Shown here one piece after another: positions 61,779 through 64,000 of a stretch of 64,000 nt of DNA. The notes under the pieces were generated by a model. The model saw only the letters and a program-made list of their open reading frames with translations, had not been told where the DNA came from and did no database searches. The number at the start of each line of letters is the position of its first letter. Positions within the stretch are counted from its first letter, which is position 1. Origin of the DNA: Squalus acanthias (Eukaryota). Both the position numbers and the translations under genes were made by a program. The stretch lies in contig CM059432.1 of the NCBI GenBank assembly GCA_030390025.1, positions 120,468,001 through 120,532,000 on the forward strand, in the 5' to 3' direction.

Positions 61779-64000
61779 ATACAGCTCTTCTCTTTCTCAT
61801 TCCAAACACACTCACGCTTCCTTTCCATTCTTCACAACATGTATTAGCACCCACCATTCTCTTCTTACATACTATCACTTGCACAGCCATCAACTCATCC
61901 CAGGGCTCCTTCCTCACCTCACGTTACGGACACTTCCCTTTACATTCATCACCTCCCCATTCTCATTCCGTCTGGCTTCTTCTTCACCTCTCACCACTTG
62001 CACTATATGCATAGGCCCTACACATCTTCAATTCCTCTCAACAACCACTCACTAACTCTCATCCTCTCTTTCTGCATAACAACTCTGCACATAATGTGAA
62101 GGACGGGAATAAGGTGGGGAGGCGGGGTGGAGGAGACTGGGACATCATCACCCTCTTCCAAGCAGAGCAGGATACCCTGGAGATCAGTGTCCCAGGCAGT
62201 GCCAGTAGCATCAGAGGAGGAGAGACTGACAGCTTACCTCAGCAGGGTCTCTGCATATTCCTTGTAATCCTACATCCACCAAAGCAAATATGCAGCAAGC
62301 TCTGTAAATTCAAACTCTTTTCTCAAGGCTATCACCTGAAAGTGTTCAGCTTCTACCTGCCATCCTAACTTTTGTCCTTTCATCTTTCTTTTAGGTCCTT
62401 CTGGGCAGCAAGAGGCTCCTGCACAGCAAGACACTTTGAAAATGGACAATCCTGCCGCGGATGCACCATCACTTGCTCCTTCCTTCCCAGGCACCAGCTC
62501 AGACATTGGCTGTCTGTGTGGCCTAGGTAGTGAGCCAGAGGGATTTGCTTGTGGTGAGGCAACCAGCATGCAGGTAGTGGTGGCAAGGACATCTCAGGAG
62601 CGAGCTCGCAGGAGGGTGAGGTCCTCTCCCAGTTTTGATCAGGACAGAGATGAGCATTTCAGTCATGAAAATAGAACGGTTGGCCTCACACAAGCAGTTC
62701 TATGAGGTACTGAAAGGCCTATCAAGGAGTTTTAGCACAATGGCTGTGAGCGTGGAGTGTAGCGATTGGAGCGGTGCATATTGGCCTCTCTCAGGATGTC
62801 AGTACATCTGATCCTTCACCACTCCCTGAACCAGTACCCGTCATGGTGCCAGCTGGGCCAGACTGTCCCAGCAGCATTGGAACTGCAACAGTCTGCAGCC
62901 GGACTTTCACAGTCTTGAACACCCATAAGCTACCAGCCACAAGCATGTCAAAGGTCCCAACAGCAGCCTTCCACTAGCTCTGCTGAGACCACTAGGGGAG
63001 CACCTTGTATGAGTAGTAGAGTTAGGAAACCTTCTTTAAAGAAAAGCACTATGAGTTCATCACTTGGGTGAGAAATGAATAGAAGGCAGTTATTACTTTT
63101 GTTATTAAATGAATCACCCTTAAATGAATCACCCTTTGGCACTTTGGTCTGTAGTGTGGTTTAATAGCATCTTCCGAGTCTGCATTGTCACTGTCATTGA
63201 TTTAGAAGTTGTCTGAATGGTGTGGATGTTCTTTGATGCAGGATGACGTGAGTAGTGAAGGAATTGACGAGGTCAGTTCGGCGGAGGGGATTTGTGCGAG
63301 TACTCAGGTCAGGGGAATGAGCAGCTCGGCGGATTTGCTGAACAATTAGCTGATCCCCACATTCCTTGCTGCAAATTGTTGCGGTGACCCTGCCTCTTCT
63401 GCTCTTCCTCCCCATCCCACGGTCTTCCTCATCTGCTGCTGTTGTTCTGCCTCCTCCAAAAGCAGGCCTCTCTCTAATGCAATGTTATGCAGCATGCAGC
63501 ACACCACAACGAGGCGGGAGATTCTGTCCAAAGAAGCCACCCCCAATCGGTCCAGACACCTGAGCCACTGGTTCAGTAACCCTGTGGTGTGTTCAGTGCT
63601 GATCCTGGTGGTCCTCTGGCTTCTATTATATCAGTGTTGTTCGGGTGCAGCGGGACTATGCAGGGACATCAGTAGCCACATCTATAGAAGTCATCCCTTG
63701 TTCCCCAGCAGCCAGGTTCCTCACAGGGGTGAATATTGGGGGATTATAGACTCTCTCAGGATAAATGCATCACGGCAACCCCTTGGGTACCTTGCACAGA
63801 CCTGCATGATGTTGTTCCTATGATCAGCCACTAGCTGGACATTGATGGAGTGGTATCTATTTCTATTGATGAACGTGCTAGCTCGTGTTCCAGTGCCCTG
63901 ATAGCAACATGTGTGCAGTCAATGAGGCCCTGCATGCGACAGAAGCCAGCCACTGCTGCTTATCCCTGAGCTCTCTCATCTTAGTTGTTGGCGTCCATTG

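Larger units (their letters stand above)
56947..64000. mobile_element. Harbinger element (Myb on +, transposase on -) running off the window, with a Gypsy element inserted in Myb intron 1
   Basis: End gggccctgattttaactc; KLAWTEVAERV..WIQCRNKFNDL (57321-57425); exon 2/3-like pieces at 62090-63050; transposase DCTHVAIR and VVVCCMLHN at about 63270-64000. Confidence 0.75.

Overview
A repeat-dominated 64 kb of vertebrate genomic DNA, almost certainly a cartilaginous fish (shark-like), judged from the HE1-type V-SINE, SacSINE1/Deu-type SINEs and abundant CR1 LINEs. No intact host gene is visible. At most three short + strand exon candidates suggest the window lies within introns of a large gene. 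The content is: (i) about seven degenerate PIF/Harbinger transposons (HARBI1-like transposase convergent with a spliced Myb/SANT gene) plus several Harbinger-type MITEs with 3-bp TSDs; (ii) many CR1 fragments, including a near full-length copy with an esterase ORF1, plus an L2 fragment and a second LINE family; (iii) Penelope-like elements whose termini carry a minimal hammerhead-ribozyme motif; (iv) a complete 4.3-kb CsRN1-type Gypsy element (CHCC gag, tRNA-Trp PBS, ATAC TSD); (v) two clear solo LTRs (862 bp and an unusually long 1663 bp) and a possible third. I found no demonstrably new biological system. The best leads are the ribozyme-bearing PLE termini, the CsRN1 element, the long solo LTR, and a promoter/splice-donor cassette carried by the Harbinger family. 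Coordinates were read by eye and no searches were run.
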